Shown: in pieces, positions 1-10,827 of the stretch
How the letters are laid out: every line of letters begins with the position of its first letter
Position numbering within the stretch: position 1 is the stretch's first letter
Assembly: GCA_963716175.1 (NCBI GenBank)
Contig: OY970296.1
Coordinates: 3,424,001 to 3,488,000, forward strand
From: an uncultured Armatimonadetes bacterium
GTDB lineage: Bacteria; Armatimonadota; Hebobacteria; Hebobacterales; Hebobacteraceae
DNA length: 64,000 nt
Reading direction: 5' to 3'
Position numbers and translations under genes: made by a program
The notes under the pieces: generated by a model
The model's database searches: none
Told to the model about the DNA's origin: nothing
Seen by the model: the letters and a program-made list of their open reading frames with translations, nothing else

Positions 1-1
1 C

Positions 2-2086
2 CCGCTCAACCTGCTGTTCTGGGTGCTGCCGGTGGCGTGGGCCTTTGGGCTTTCGGCCTGGCTGCATCTGGGGCTGGCCGGGTGGTTCGCTTACTTGTTC
101 CTGCGGCGGATAGGCGCGGGCCGCGCGGGCGGCGTCTGTGGTGGTATCGTGTGGCAGGTCAACAGCTTCTTCGTCGCCTGGCTGCACCTGCCGACCGTGA
201 TCTGCAGCGCGGCCTGGCTGCCGCTGATCCTACTGCTGGGCGATCGCGCCCTGACCACTGGCCGGGCGCGCTATGCGCTCGCAGGCGGGACGGCGCTGGC
301 GCTGTCTTACCTCGGCGGTAATCCACAGATCTTCCTGTTCGTAGGAATGATGACCGTGGCCTATGTCGTGGCGCGGGGGTTGAGTGCAGGCGGGGCAGGT
401 CGCGGACCTGCCCTACTGGGCGTGGGTCGGTTGCTGGTCGCCGGAGTGGTGATGGCGGTGACAGGGCTGGGGCTTGCCGCCGGCCAGATTCTTCCTACTC
501 TCGATCTCATGCGCATCGCGCACCGCGCCTTCACCCCTGGGCCGCAGGCCTATGCTGCGTTCCTTTCTCGCGCGCTCCCGGTGCCCATGCTCGCCAACCT
601 GGCGCTGCCTCATCCGCTCGGGCACCCGGGCCTCGGTACTTACGCGGGCCCTGAGAACTATGCCGAGTACTGCTGCTATGTCGGCATCGTGGCCCTGGCT
701 CTGGCGCTGTGGGGAGCATTCACTCATCGCTCATGGCATGCCCGCTTCTTCGCCCTCTCTGCCTTGGCGGCGGTCCTGATCGCGGCTGGAACTCCGCTGA
801 ACTGGCCGCTTTACCACTGGCTGCCGGGCATGGCCGGCGCGGGTGGGCCGGCGCGGATGGTGCTGCTGGCGGTGTTCTCCTTGAGCATCCTGGCCGGCCT
901 GGGATTTGACTCGTTGGGCAGGCCCGCCCTCGCCAGAGCCAAAGGGAGCTTGCCTCCTGCCCCTGCGATCAGGAGCTGGGGCCCTGCCCTTCTCCTGCTG
1001 CTGATCGGGGCCGCAGCCGCTTTCGCGGGCTGGTTCTTTGCCGGGCTATCTCCAGTTGCCGAGCCGGAGATCGCGCAAGAGGTCGCGGCTGAGGCAGAGC
1101 GCGGGGTCGGGTTTGTAGTGGCCGGCATCGTCCTGCTGTTCGTGCTTCGGATTCCCTCCTTGCGTCGGGTCGGGCAGGCTGGCCTGCTGGTGATCCTCGC
1201 CGCCGACTTGCTGCTCGCGGCCCAGCACCACGCCCACGTCGTGCCACAGGAATGGGTCTACTCTGAGCGGGCGAACCCCGGCCCGATGGGCGGCCGGGTG
1301 CTGGGGAACGCCGCCGATTGGCCCATCAACCGATTCCCTGCGGCGGTGCTGCCGCCGAACGCGGCCACGGTGTATCGCCTGCGGGATGCCTTCGGCTATG
1401 ACTCTCTCTACCTGGCGCAGTACCGCGATTTCGCCTCCCTCATCCAGGGCGGCAACCCCAGCCCGCCGCTCAATGGCAACCTCTTGCTTGCCCGGCTCGG
1501 CCCTACTCGCTATGGGCTGGACATGATGAGCCTGGCCGGGGTGAAGACAGTGCTCTCTCCTCTGTTCCTGCCCGGTCTGCGCCTGGAGCGAGCCGGGGGC
1601 TACGACACCCTCGGGAATCCCTATCCGCGGCCGCGGGCCTGGATCGCCCAGTCCGCAGTGGCCGTGCCCTCTCACCAGGAGGCAGTGGCGGCCTTGACCC
1701 GGCTGGGTGGCTATGAGGATTTCCTCGTCATCACCGGCGCGGATGAGCCTCCTGGCGAGATCGTGCGGGGCACGAACCCGACCGCGCAGGTGCGCGACGT
1801 ATCCCCCAATGAAGTGGTGGTTGACCTGCCGCAAGGCGGCGGAGGCTATCTCTTCCTGGCCGACAGCTTCGCACCCGGCTGGCACGCCTACAGCAACGGC
1901 CGGGGGCTGGTGATTCGCATCGCGGATGTCACTTTCCGCGCGGTGGCGCCGCCGCAAGAGACCAAGTCAGTCATCTTCCGATATCAGCCGGCGAGCTTCC
2001 GCGTTGGGCTCTTCATCTCGCTTCTGACGATCGCCGCGGCCCTGGCAATCGGGTTCGGCTTCGTGGTAACTAAGGCGCGGACATGA
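2..2086 (+). CDS. YfhO-family multi-TM membrane protein (GT-C-like), 5' truncated by window
   Basis: Frame open from window start; many TM helices; YVG, GYD motifs; C-terminal PRAW...DSFAPGWHA...FRAV...FRYQPASFRVG typical of YfhO; paralog at 6902-9280. Confidence 0.8.
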   Translation, partial: PLNLLFWVLPVAWAFGLSAWLHLGLAGWFAYLFLRRIGAGRAGGVCGGIVWQVNSFFVAWLHLPTVICSAAWLPLILLLGDRALTTGRARYALAGGTALALSYLGGNPQIFLFVGMMTVAYVVARGLSAGGAGRGPALLGVGRLLVAGVVMAVTGLGLAAGQILPTLDLMRIAHRAFTPGPQAYAAFLSRALPVPMLANLALPHPLGHPGLGTYAGPENYAEYCCYVGIVALALALWGAFTHRSWHARFFALSALAAVLIAAGTPLNWPLYHWLPGMAGAGGPARMVLLAVFSLSILAGLGFDSLGRPALARAKGSLPPAPAIRSWGPALLLLLIGAAAAFAGWFFAGLSPVAEPEIAQEVAAEAERGVGFVVAGIVLLFVLRIPSLRRVGQAGLLVILAADLLLAAQHHAHVVPQEWVYSERANPGPMGGRVLGNAADWPINRFPAAVLPPNAATVYRLRDAFGYDSLYLAQYRDFASLIQGGNPSPPLNGNLLLARLGPTRYGLDMMSLAGVKTVLSPLFLPGLRLERAGGYDTLGNPYPRPRAWIAQSAVAVPSHQEAVAALTRLGGYEDFLVITGADEPPGEIVRGTNPTAQVRDVSPNEVVVDLPQGGGGYLFLADSFAPGWHAYSNGRGLVIRIADVTFRAVAPPQETKSVIFRYQPASFRVGLFISLLTIAAALAIGFGFVVTKART
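392..416 (-). repeat. GTAG-type REP-like palindrome inside CDS
   Basis: GGGGCAGGTCGCGGACCTGCCCTAC, identical to 15785-15809 and (24 nt) reverse complement of 43926-43949. Confidence 0.85.
913..962 (+). repeat. REP-like hairpin with nested 24-nt repeat, inside CDS
   Basis: GTTGGGCAGG[CCCGCCCTCGCCAGAGCCAAAGGG]AGCTTGCCTCCTGCCC; uninterrupted relative at 15730-15755. Confidence 0.7.
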
Positions 2087-3693
2087 CCCAGGCCGAACAG
2101 CCGAGCAGAATCTATCGCCGCCTGCTGGCGCTCGCGGCCATCCTGATGGTCGCGAGCGCTCTCCGTTTGCTCGGCCTGGGATGGGGGCTGCCGAACTCCC
2201 AGCACTACTTCTCCTATCATCCCGACGAAATCTTCCTGCTGCTGCCTTCCTTCGGCTTGGCCCAGGGCGACTGGAACCCGCATTTCTTCAACTACGGCAC
2301 GCTCTACATCTATCTAGTTGGGCTCCCTGCCCTGCTGTTGCATGTCGTGCCGGAGGCCGCTCAGTTTCCCGAGAACCTGAGGGCTCTCTATGAGCTGGGC
2401 CGAGGGATCACCGTGGGGATGGGGATTGCCACCATCGCCCTGCTCTTCGCTGCCTGCGGGCCGAGGCAATGGAGGTTGGGACTGCTGGCGGCCGCGCTGC
2501 TGGCGGTCTGCCCACTCCATGCTGTCAACAGCGCCTATGCCACAGTGGACGTGCCCACAGCCTTCTGGCTTACCCTTGCCTTCCTGCTGGCAATCCGAGG
2601 CGCGGGCCAGCCCACCGGCAGGCAAGCCGCGCTGGTCGGCCTGGCCTCGGGCCTGGCCGGGGCCACCAAGTACAACGCAGGGCTCTTCATCATCCCGGCG
2701 ATTCTCGCGCCCGTGCTGGTGCGGCCGCGGACATGGCGGTGGTCCTGGGCCGCCGGCGTCATCGGTGGCGCGATCCTCGGCTTCGCCCTCGGCTGTCCCT
2801 TCTTCTGGACGGAGGAGTTCCGCCGGGGCCTGCTCTTCGAGGTGCGCCATGCCCAGGTGGGAGGCACGCTGGCCTTCGTGAACACCGGGAACGGTTGGAG
2901 CTACCATCTTCTGCGGGGGCTGCCCACGGGCCTGGGCTATCCCATGCTGGCGGCACTAGTCCTGGGCACTGTGGGCGCGGTGCGGCTGCGCTGGCTGCCG
3001 GGCCGGATTTCGCTGCTGTGGTGTGCGCTCTACCTGGTTGTCATTGGCTTCGGGAAAGAGCGGTTCATCCGCTATCTGGTGCTGCTCCTGCCCTTCGCGG
3101 CCGTGCTCGCGGCCGCGGGGCTGGGTTGGCTCGCCAGCCTGGCGCGCAGCGCGCGGTCGCTCCTTGGTGTGGGGGCGATCATGGCGGGGATAGTGGGGCT
3201 AACCGGCCTCTATGCTTTCGAGCAAACTGCTCCCTCCGCGCTGCTCGATCCCAGGGACTATGCCTGGTCACAGGCAGAGTCCGATGTGCTGGCTGCGCGT
3301 CCCCAGGCGCGGGTCGGCCTGCTGGAAGCTCCCTGGTATCGCGATCCTCCAGCCTCACCCTATAACGCAGGCCAGTTCTCCCGGGCCATGTTCGAGCACT
3401 GGAATCGCGCCAACGGCGGCCGCGTGGTGACCACGGGCTGGGACACCAGGGCACTGGAGGCCCAGAAGCCTGATGTCTTCTTTCTATCAGATTTGGAGTC
3501 TCAAGACCCGATGCGCCTGCGAAGGCCCGAGGCCATCGCCTTCGTCTCCGCACTGGATGGGATCTACAAGGACAAGATCGTCTTTGGGCGGCCCGACCAG
3601 GCCTTCTCCTGGCTGGCGCCCCCTCGCTCCTGGGCGCCGCCGGACTGGCTCTACCAATCCCCTATCATCACGATGTACTATAACCCGCGATGA
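2083..3693 (+). CDS. GT-C (family 39/ArnT-like) polyprenyl-phosphate-sugar-dependent glycosyltransferase
   Basis: YHPDE in first loop, NPHFFNYG, ATKYN, RYL motifs; multi-TM; ATGA overlap with upstream gene. Confidence 0.8.
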   Translation: MTQAEQPSRIYRRLLALAAILMVASALRLLGLGWGLPNSQHYFSYHPDEIFLLLPSFGLAQGDWNPHFFNYGTLYIYLVGLPALLLHVVPEAAQFPENLRALYELGRGITVGMGIATIALLFAACGPRQWRLGLLAAALLAVCPLHAVNSAYATVDVPTAFWLTLAFLLAIRGAGQPTGRQAALVGLASGLAGATKYNAGLFIIPAILAPVLVRPRTWRWSWAAGVIGGAILGFALGCPFFWTEEFRRGLLFEVRHAQVGGTLAFVNTGNGWSYHLLRGLPTGLGYPMLAALVLGTVGAVRLRWLPGRISLLWCALYLVVIGFGKERFIRYLVLLLPFAAVLAAAGLGWLASLARSARSLLGVGAIMAGIVGLTGLYAFEQTAPSALLDPRDYAWSQAESDVLAARPQARVGLLEAPWYRDPPASPYNAGQFSRAMFEHWNRANGGRVVTTGWDTRALEAQKPDVFFLSDLESQDPMRLRRPEAIAFVSALDGIYKDKIVFGRPDQAFSWLAPPRSWAPPDWLYQSPIITMYYNPR

Positions 3694-5429
3694 GAGCGCC
3701 TTCTCCAGACAAAGGGGGAAATGGCGGCGGGCACGCCGGAGTCTGCCCTGAGCCGAGTCGAAGGGGCATATCCGCCCTACAGTGGCCGCCGCGTTCCGAG
3801 ATGCGCTGGGCCGCCGTTCTCGCGGCGGTCTTCATGCTGCTCACCTGTCTACCCTATCTTTTCGGTCTCGCCATCCGGCCCTCCGGCTACTACTACTCGG
3901 GTCTGCTCGCCAACCCCGACGACCACAATGTCTACCTGTCGCTGATGCGGCAGGCGCACGACGGGCGTCTGCTTTTCACCGACCAGTTCACCACGGAGCC
4001 GCAGCGCGGCCTGATGCTCGACGTGTTCTGGCTCGCCCTGGGCCTGTTTGCCCGCGTCACCCACCTTCCACTGCCCATCGTCTACCATCTCGCGCGCGTG
4101 GTCGCGGGCTGGCTGCTGCTGATGGCGGTCTACTGGCTAGCCGCGCAGGCGATCACTAGCCCTGCCGGCCGGCGTGTGGCTCTGATACTCACGGCTACGG
4201 CCTCCGGTTTCGGGTGGCTCTTCCATCCGGGGCCGGGCCAGCCGCATCCCATAGACTACGGGCCCGGCCTGGTGATGCCGGAGGCGATCACTTTCCTCAC
4301 TCTCCTGCTGAATCCGCTGTTCGCTTTCTCGGTGTTCCTGATGGTGGCGGCGCTGGGCCTCGCGGCGCAGGCCTTCGCCTCCGGCCGGATGCGATGGGCC
4401 GCGCTCGCCGGGTTGGCGGGGCTGGTCCTCGGGAACATCCACAGCTACGATCTGATCCCCCTCGCGGTGGTGCTGCTGGCCTACCTGGTGTACCTGCTGG
4501 CTGCAAGGCGGGTCGGGGCGCGGGTGGTGGGGCTGACGCTGCTGATCGGGGTGATCGCCGCGCCCTCGGTGCTCTACCAGTACTGGCTGCTGCGCACCGG
4601 GGAAGCCGGGGTGCTGGCCAAGACCGTGGGACAGTGGGGATACTCGCGCGCCCCGGTCTATGTTGCTTTGGGGCTTGGACTGCCGCTGATGCTGGCCTTA
4701 GTGGGCGCGGCGCGCGCGGTGAGTAGACGCGCGGACGTCGGCCGACTGCTTGCCCTGTGGCTGGTGCTCGGATTTGCTCTGGTTTATGTGCCGGTTTCGT
4801 TCCAGCGCAAGCTGGTCGAGGGCCTCCACATTCCCGTGTGCGTGCTCGCGGTTTCCGCGCTGGAGCCGATCTGGAGGCACGCGCCGCGCCGCGCGGTGAT
4901 CGTGGGTGTGCTGCTGGTGCTGATCGCCGTCCCCTCCAACGCGCTTTATGTGAGGCGGGCGCTGGGCGACCTGGTGACCAACAACCAGGCTTACCTGGGC
5001 AATCTGATGCCACCCCTGTATCTGCGGCCCGACCAGTACCAGGCGCTGCAGTGGCTGAACGGAAAGAGAACGGAGTCCGATATCCTGCTGGCGAACACCT
5101 TCGTCTCCAACTACGCGCCCTCGCTGGCCGGGGTTCGTGTCTACGTCGGCCACTGGTCGGAAACTCTCGATTACCCGCGGAAGCTCAAGGAGCTCTCAGA
5201 GTTCCTTCAGGCAGGCACGCCCGATGCGGAGAGGGAAGCCTTCTGCCGCGGCCGGGGGATCAGCTACGTGCTGCGCGACCGTAGTGTCTACGATGACATC
5301 TTCCTGCCTCCGTCTCGGCAGAGCGGGGGAGGATACCAGCCGGATGCCTCGCCGTGGCTCTTCCCGCTTTTCATGCAGGATCGGGTCGCGCTCTACTGGA
5401 TGCTGAGGCCAGGCGAGTCCCCACCATGA
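3690..5429 (+). CDS. GT-C-like multi-TM membrane protein (alternative start 3801)
   Basis: NPDDHNVYLS loop motif, HSYD, multi-TM, soluble C-terminal domain; ATGA overlaps at both ends. Confidence 0.7.
   Translation: MRAPSPDKGGNGGGHAGVCPEPSRRGISALQWPPRSEMRWAAVLAAVFMLLTCLPYLFGLAIRPSGYYYSGLLANPDDHNVYLSLMRQAHDGRLLFTDQFTTEPQRGLMLDVFWLALGLFARVTHLPLPIVYHLARVVAGWLLLMAVYWLAAQAITSPAGRRVALILTATASGFGWLFHPGPGQPHPIDYGPGLVMPEAITFLTLLLNPLFAFSVFLMVAALGLAAQAFASGRMRWAALAGLAGLVLGNIHSYDLIPLAVVLLAYLVYLLAARRVGARVVGLTLLIGVIAAPSVLYQYWLLRTGEAGVLAKTVGQWGYSRAPVYVALGLGLPLMLALVGAARAVSRRADVGRLLALWLVLGFALVYVPVSFQRKLVEGLHIPVCVLAVSALEPIWRHAPRRAVIVGVLLVLIAVPSNALYVRRALGDLVTNNQAYLGNLMPPLYLRPDQYQALQWLNGKRTESDILLANTFVSNYAPSLAGVRVYVGHWSETLDYPRKLKELSEFLQAGTPDAEREAFCRGRGISYVLRDRSVYDDIFLPPSRQSGGGYQPDASPWLFPLFMQDRVALYWMLRPGESPP
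3727..3781 (-). repeat. REP-like element with nested 24-nt repeat
   Basis: GGCGGGCACGCCGGAG[TCTGCCCTGAGCCGAGTCGAAGGG]GCATATCCGCCCTACA; compare 31724-31754 and 43950-43980. Confidence 0.7.
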
Positions 5430-6896
5430 CGGAATGGCACGAGCGTTCCTCGCGGCGACTGCTGGTGACGGCCGCGCTGGTGACCGCGGCCTTTGGCCTG
5501 GCGCTGGCAGCGCGCGTGCCCATTGGCATCCCCGGCGAGTGGGTGTGGCGGCCGAACGAACTGCCAGTGGAGCTGTGGTGGGCAGCTTTGAGCGGCCTCG
5601 TCCTGGTTGCGGTTGCGTGGCTGGTCACTCGCCCTGGCTGGTGGGCGCATCTACGGCCCATGGGGCGGGCCGGGGCCCTCGCCTTCCTCATCCTCGCGGT
5701 CTTCGCGCTTCAGTGTAGCCTGCTCAACGCGGTTGGCGCGCCCTGGGCGGCCCCAGGAGCGGTGATCGCCAGCCCCGTGGCGACCACTTACTACTCGGTC
5801 TCTCTGGATATACGCGATCCATCGGCCTGGATCGCGTCCTATCCGGAGCGGATGAGCTCGCTGCCCTATCACGTCCGCACCCACCCGCCCGGATTCGTGC
5901 TGTTCTTCCTGCTGCTGCGCGGGGCTTGTGCGCGCCTCTTGCCTCACCCATCGCGCTCGGCTCGGGGAGGTGGCTGAGGCCTATCGCACCTTCGGGATCG
6001 GTCCCTCTCCGGTGGATGCCGCGGCCGCGATCGCGGGTGCGTTCATCATCTCGCTCATCGGCGCGCTCAGCCTGTGGCCATGCTACCTCCTCGGTCGGCG
6101 GCTGATGGGAGCGGAGGCGGCGCTGTGCTCAGCCGCGCTGATGGCGGCAATGCCAGGGCTGCTCGTGTTCGGGGGCTCAGCCGATGAGATGGTGCTGACC
6201 TTCACTGCGATCACGCTCTGGCTCAGCTACTCCGCCTGGCGCCAGAGCAGTCCGGTCCGCGCGTTCCTCGCTGGCCTCACCCTGGCGGTGGGCCTGTTCT
6301 GCACCCTCGGCATGCTGACCGCTGCCGCCTGGCTGGTGATCTGGCTAGCCGTCGGTATGGCGCGATCGAGCGATCGCGCTGGCGCCGCGCGGCGGGCCGT
6401 GTTGGGTGCTCTGGCCGGGGGGGCCGGGTTGGCGGTCTTCTACCTGGCGCTGTACTTCACCCTCGGTTACCGGCCGCTGGCGGTGGCGCGGGAGGCCTTG
6501 CTGGCGCACCGGGGCGTTACCACCGTCGAGGCCGCGCGCACCTACTGGAAATGGCTGCTGATGAACCCGGCAGAGATGGTTATCTTCGCGGGCCTGCCCC
6601 TGGTGATCGCTGCCCTGTGGTCGTGCCGAGGCACGGGACAAGAGGCAGGCCTGGGCCGATGGCGCGGCTTCCTGCTCTCCTGGCTGATCACCTGTGCGCT
6701 GCTGGACGTCTCCGGTACGGTGCGAGGCGAAGTGGGCCGCATCTGGCTCTTTCTGCTCTGGCCGACCGCGCTCGCCGCCGGGCCCTGGTTGGCGGCGAGG
6801 CCGCGCCGGGCGACTGTGATCGCACTGCTGGTGGCCCTCACCGCCTGGCAGACGATCTTGATGCGAGGCTATCTCACGATCTACGATATCTTCTGA
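5426..6896 (+). CDS. GT-C-like membrane glycosyltransferase, frameshifted near 5945-5960
   Basis: Two overlapping ORFs (5426-5977 with HVRTHPPG; 5928-6896 with GEVGRIWLF) join into one multi-TM protein. Confidence 0.65.
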
Positions 6897-6901
6897 CCGC
6901 C

Positions 6902-9280
6902 ATGCCTCAGCCGTCACCCACAACTCGGGCTGCCTGGTGGCCTGCGCTGACGATCTTCGGGGCGGCCTGTGCGTTCTGCTGGCCGGTGTTCCTGGGGCGC
7001 GTGATGCTGCCCGCGGACATGTGCCTGTGGATGATCCCGTGGAGCGCGCTGAGGGACCAGTTCCCGCCGCTGGACCGAATCTACAACCCGATGTTCGATC
7101 CCATCCAGCAGTACCTCCCGTGGCGCATCTACGCGGTAGACTCGCTGCGGGCCTGGTTCGTCCCGCTGTGGAATCCCTATGCCTTCTGCGGCACGCCCTT
7201 CCTCGCCAATCTCCAGTCCACACTGCTCTATCCCCCCAACCTGCTGTTCTTGCTCACTGGCGCGCGGCACGGGTTCGGCATCTCCGCTATCCTGCACCTC
7301 ACCCTGGGAGGCCTGTTCACCTACGGCTTTCTTCGCACGCTCGACCTGCGCCGGCCCGCGGCCGTCTTCGGGGCGCTGGTGGTGATGTGCAACGGGTACA
7401 CGGTCACCTGGCTCGAGTACCCTACCCTCTCACTGTGGGTGTTCATGTGGCTGCCCGCGATGCTGCTCTGCTACGAGCGGTCGCTCAGGCACCCTGGGTG
7501 GCGGTGGCCCGCGCTGACGGCCCTGGCCGTCGGACTGCAGTTCCTTGGGGGCCACTTGCAGGTATCCGGTTACGTGATGATTGCGTTCCTGATCTATGCT
7601 CTGGTCCGCGTTGCCAGCCCTGGCTCCGGCCAACTCGGCCGCAGCCGCGCGGTGGCCGCTTTCATAGTGCCCGTCGTCCTGGGGCTGGCGTTGGCCGCAG
7701 GGCAGATCCTGCCGACAGTGGAGCTGGCCGGCCATTCCGGCCGCGTCTCACATGGCGCTGCCCTGAGCACGGCCTTCCCGCTCACCCATCTCGTCCTCTA
7801 TCTCATCCCCAACTTCTTCGGCAATCCGGTGGACTACAATTACTGGGGCAACTACCGCGACCAGACCGGGTTCAACTACTTCGAGACGGCATGCTATGTC
7901 GGGATTCTGCCTCTGCTGCTCGCGGCCTGGTCGCTGCGGCGTTGGCGGGAGCGAAGCTTCTGGTTCTTCGCCGTACTCACTGGCTTCGCGGTGCTCGCCG
8001 CTGTCGGGTCGCCGGTTTACCTGCTGCTGTACTATCTAGGGCCGGGATTCCGGGAGCTGGCGGGCCTGGGGCGAGTGCTCTCGCTAGCGGGCTTCGGTCT
8101 GGCCGGCCTGGCCGGTGTGGGCCTGGATGATCTGCTGAGCGGTGCGGAACGCCGGCGGGTGCGAGGCCCGTTGCTGCTCGGTGCGGGACTGTTGGTGGCC
8201 GCGGCAGCAGCGATTGCGCTCTTCCAGCCCGTGATGGCGGCGCTCGACCCGGCCTGGGAGTTCCCTCGCTATCTGGCGCGCCAGATGGCTGCTCTGCTGT
8301 GTCTCACCGCGGCGGCGGTGACATTGATCTTGCTCCGCGCCCGACTCCGCATCGGCAGCGGGGCCTTCGCCGCGCTTTCCGTCGCTCTGGTGGGGGTTGA
8401 CCTCTTCTTCTTCGGCATCCGCTTCAACCCGTTCACCGATGCGAGGATGGCCTATCCGCAGACGGATTCCACGCGCTGGCTGCAGGAACACGCGGATCAC
8501 GAGCGATTCACCTCGCTCGCCTCCCATGGTCTGGACTGGATGCCCCACAATGCTCCGATGATCTTCGGCCTGCGAGATGTCCACGGTTCGGACTCGCTCC
8601 GGGTCCGCCGCTCCTTCGATCTGGTCTCCCCGCCGGGAACGGATCAGGCAAGCTATCCGGATCCGAGTTCGCCCCTGCTGGAGGCGCTCGGGGTGCGCTA
8701 CCTGATGACCAAGCGCCAGGTCCCGGAGCCGTGGAAGCTGGGGCACGATGGCGAGGCCCCGATCTACGAGAACCGGGGAGCCATGCCGCGCGCCTATCTG
8801 GTGCACGAGGTGGCTCCCGCGGAGGACGTGCAGGCGCTGGCGGCGCTCCGCGTGGACTGGCGCTGGCTGCAGGAGCGGGCGCTGGCGGAGCCCGGCGACG
8901 CGGCCAGGATGAAGGGCGCGATCGCCCCGGCGGCCAGCGGCGGGAAGGAGCGGGTTGACTTCCTCACGGACGGGGCGGACGCGATCACCCTGAAGGCCGC
9001 GGCCAGCAGCTCGGCGCTGCTGGTGCTAACTGACTCCTACTATCCGGGCTGGCGCGCCCGGGTGGATGGCAAGCCGGCCGCGATCCTGCGCGTGAACTAC
9101 GCGTTTCGGGGGGTTCCGGTGCCAGCGGGCGAGCACACAGTGGAGCTGCGTTACGAGCCTGCGAGCTTCAGGGTTGGGCTCTTCCTCTCGCTGCTGGCGC
9201 TGTGCTCGCTGGGCGCGGGCCTCGGGGCGCGCTGTTCGCGCAAGCGGCCCAGGGCGGCGGCCCCTGCGGCCCGGTCATAG
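6902..9280 (+). CDS. YfhO-family membrane protein
   Basis: DPIQQYLPW, PLWNPYAFCGTPFLAN, DSYYPGWRARVDG...NYAFRGV...YEPASFR motifs. Confidence 0.85.
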   Translation: MPQPSPTTRAAWWPALTIFGAACAFCWPVFLGRVMLPADMCLWMIPWSALRDQFPPLDRIYNPMFDPIQQYLPWRIYAVDSLRAWFVPLWNPYAFCGTPFLANLQSTLLYPPNLLFLLTGARHGFGISAILHLTLGGLFTYGFLRTLDLRRPAAVFGALVVMCNGYTVTWLEYPTLSLWVFMWLPAMLLCYERSLRHPGWRWPALTALAVGLQFLGGHLQVSGYVMIAFLIYALVRVASPGSGQLGRSRAVAAFIVPVVLGLALAAGQILPTVELAGHSGRVSHGAALSTAFPLTHLVLYLIPNFFGNPVDYNYWGNYRDQTGFNYFETACYVGILPLLLAAWSLRRWRERSFWFFAVLTGFAVLAAVGSPVYLLLYYLGPGFRELAGLGRVLSLAGFGLAGLAGVGLDDLLSGAERRRVRGPLLLGAGLLVAAAAAIALFQPVMAALDPAWEFPRYLARQMAALLCLTAAAVTLILLRARLRIGSGAFAALSVALVGVDLFFFGIRFNPFTDARMAYPQTDSTRWLQEHADHERFTSLASHGLDWMPHNAPMIFGLRDVHGSDSLRVRRSFDLVSPPGTDQASYPDPSSPLLEALGVRYLMTKRQVPEPWKLGHDGEAPIYENRGAMPRAYLVHEVAPAEDVQALAALRVDWRWLQERALAEPGDAARMKGAIAPAASGGKERVDFLTDGADAITLKAAASSSALLVLTDSYYPGWRARVDGKPAAILRVNYAFRGVPVPAGEHTVELRYEPASFRVGLFLSLLALCSLGAGLGARCSRKRPRAAAPAARS

Positions 9281-10827
9281 GCCACCAGCAGAGGCGTCCC
9301 GTCCAGCGTGACCGCGTAGGCGGGCCGGGCGTGACGGTAGAGCTGCCAGCACAGATCGGTGAAATCGCTCTGCATGCACTGGAAGATGACGTAGTCCACC
9401 GACCCGGCCTGTGACTCATCGGCAGTGAACTGCGCGTCTGGCCGCACCTGCTGAAGAGTGAAGAGGTAGATCACGCCCTTGGGGATGACGAGCAGCCGAG
9501 GGCGCGGCTGCTTCAGGGCGTTAACGAACTCGACTCCCTCCGCAAACACCTGACCCCAGTAGATGGTCTCGAACCCGCGCCGGGTGGCGCCCGACGTGCC
9601 CCCGACTAACGCGTTGTAGTAGGCGAGCTGGTAGGGATGGGTGTGCACGACCCCGGTCAGGCTCGGCGCCAGCAGCGCGACTGCGAGCAGAGTCGGCAGC
9701 AGCACCGCAAGGCGAACGTTCTCCGGCCGCAGCAGGGCCGGCAGCCGGAGGAGCTTGGCCCGGAGCCAGGCGTAGCCGCCGCCCGCCAGCGCGGCCAGGA
9801 ACGGGAAGGCCGGCAGGAAGAGGCGGACGCCGTTGTACTTGGGGCTGCTGGGGAGGGCGCTCGGCGCAAGGGTTACGATCAGGCCCCAGAGCAGGAGTAC
9901 GCGCCGGGGGTCAGCACCTCGCCGGGGCCAGCAGGCGACGATGCCGATGAGCGCTGCCAAGAGCAGCAGAGCAGGGGTGGTGACCGCGGTCATCACAAAC
10001 GGGTAATGCCAGGGCGCGTACTGGTAGAGCTTGCCCAGGTACCAGACGTTGTAGGCGGCGTGCTGGAAGTGGAAGTCGAGATATCCCCTGAGATGAGGCA
10101 GCGGTGCGATCCAGAGCCAGGGCCAGCCCAGGAAGAAGATGGCCGGGCCAGTGAGCATGACCGCGAGCAGCTTCGGCCAGTGCCGGCGGTGGCAGATCAG
10201 CCCCCAGGGAACCAGGAGCACGGGCAGGAAGAACGCGTTGACCTTGGCCAGCAGGGCGAGGCCGAAGGCGACCCCCGCCAGCGCGGCATACCACCAGGAG
10301 CCGCGGCGCATCGCCTCCGCGGTGAGCGCGGTGGTGATGAAGAACCAGGCCGTGATAACCATATCCAGCGCGTCGAAGTGAGCGTGCGCGACCACCCGCG
10401 GCATGGTGGCGAGGGCGAGCGCAGAGAAGATGGCCCCACCAAAACCCCAGATGCCGCGAGTGAAGAGAAAGAGCGCGCACACCGCGAGCGCGAACCACAA
10501 GGCGCTGGGCAGCCGCATCGCCATCAGGCCTGGAAGCAGCGCGCCGAACCAGCGGTAGCAGAAGCCCGAGGCGACCTTCTGCAAAGGCGGATGCTCGTGG
10601 TTGAGGTGCCAGGCCGCGGTGATCGCATCGCGCTGGAAGGCATCTCCTGGAGAGCGCCACGCAGAGGCCCACCAGGCCGCGTATCTGGCCCCGGCGGAGG
10701 CGTAGTGCGGCTCATCATAGGTGGCGCCGTAGTCGTTGCTGGTCAGCAGCACCGAGCAGAACGCGAGCAAGAAGAGTGCGGCCAGCACCGCCCACTCGGC
10801 CCGCCTGAGACGGGTCGCCGGGTTCAT
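9151..10827 (-). CDS. GT-C (family 39-like) glycosyltransferase
   Basis: TYDEPHY, EHPPL, RLPSAL, YQLAYYN motifs; multi-TM; start overlaps stop of upstream GT2. Confidence 0.8.
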   Translation of the reverse strand: MNPATRLRRAEWAVLAALFLLAFCSVLLTSNDYGATYDEPHYASAGARYAAWWASAWRSPGDAFQRDAITAAWHLNHEHPPLQKVASGFCYRWFGALLPGLMAMRLPSALWFALAVCALFLFTRGIWGFGGAIFSALALATMPRVVAHAHFDALDMVITAWFFITTALTAEAMRRGSWWYAALAGVAFGLALLAKVNAFFLPVLLVPWGLICHRRHWPKLLAVMLTGPAIFFLGWPWLWIAPLPHLRGYLDFHFQHAAYNVWYLGKLYQYAPWHYPFVMTAVTTPALLLLAALIGIVACWPRRGADPRRVLLLWGLIVTLAPSALPSSPKYNGVRLFLPAFPFLAALAGGGYAWLRAKLLRLPALLRPENVRLAVLLPTLLAVALLAPSLTGVVHTHPYQLAYYNALVGGTSGATRRGFETIYWGQVFAEGVEFVNALKQPRPRLLVIPKGVIYLFTLQQVRPDAQFTADESQAGSVDYVIFQCMQSDFTDLCWQLYRHARPAYAVTLDGTPLLVAYDRAAGAAALGRLREQRAPRPAPSEHSASSERKSPTLKLAGS

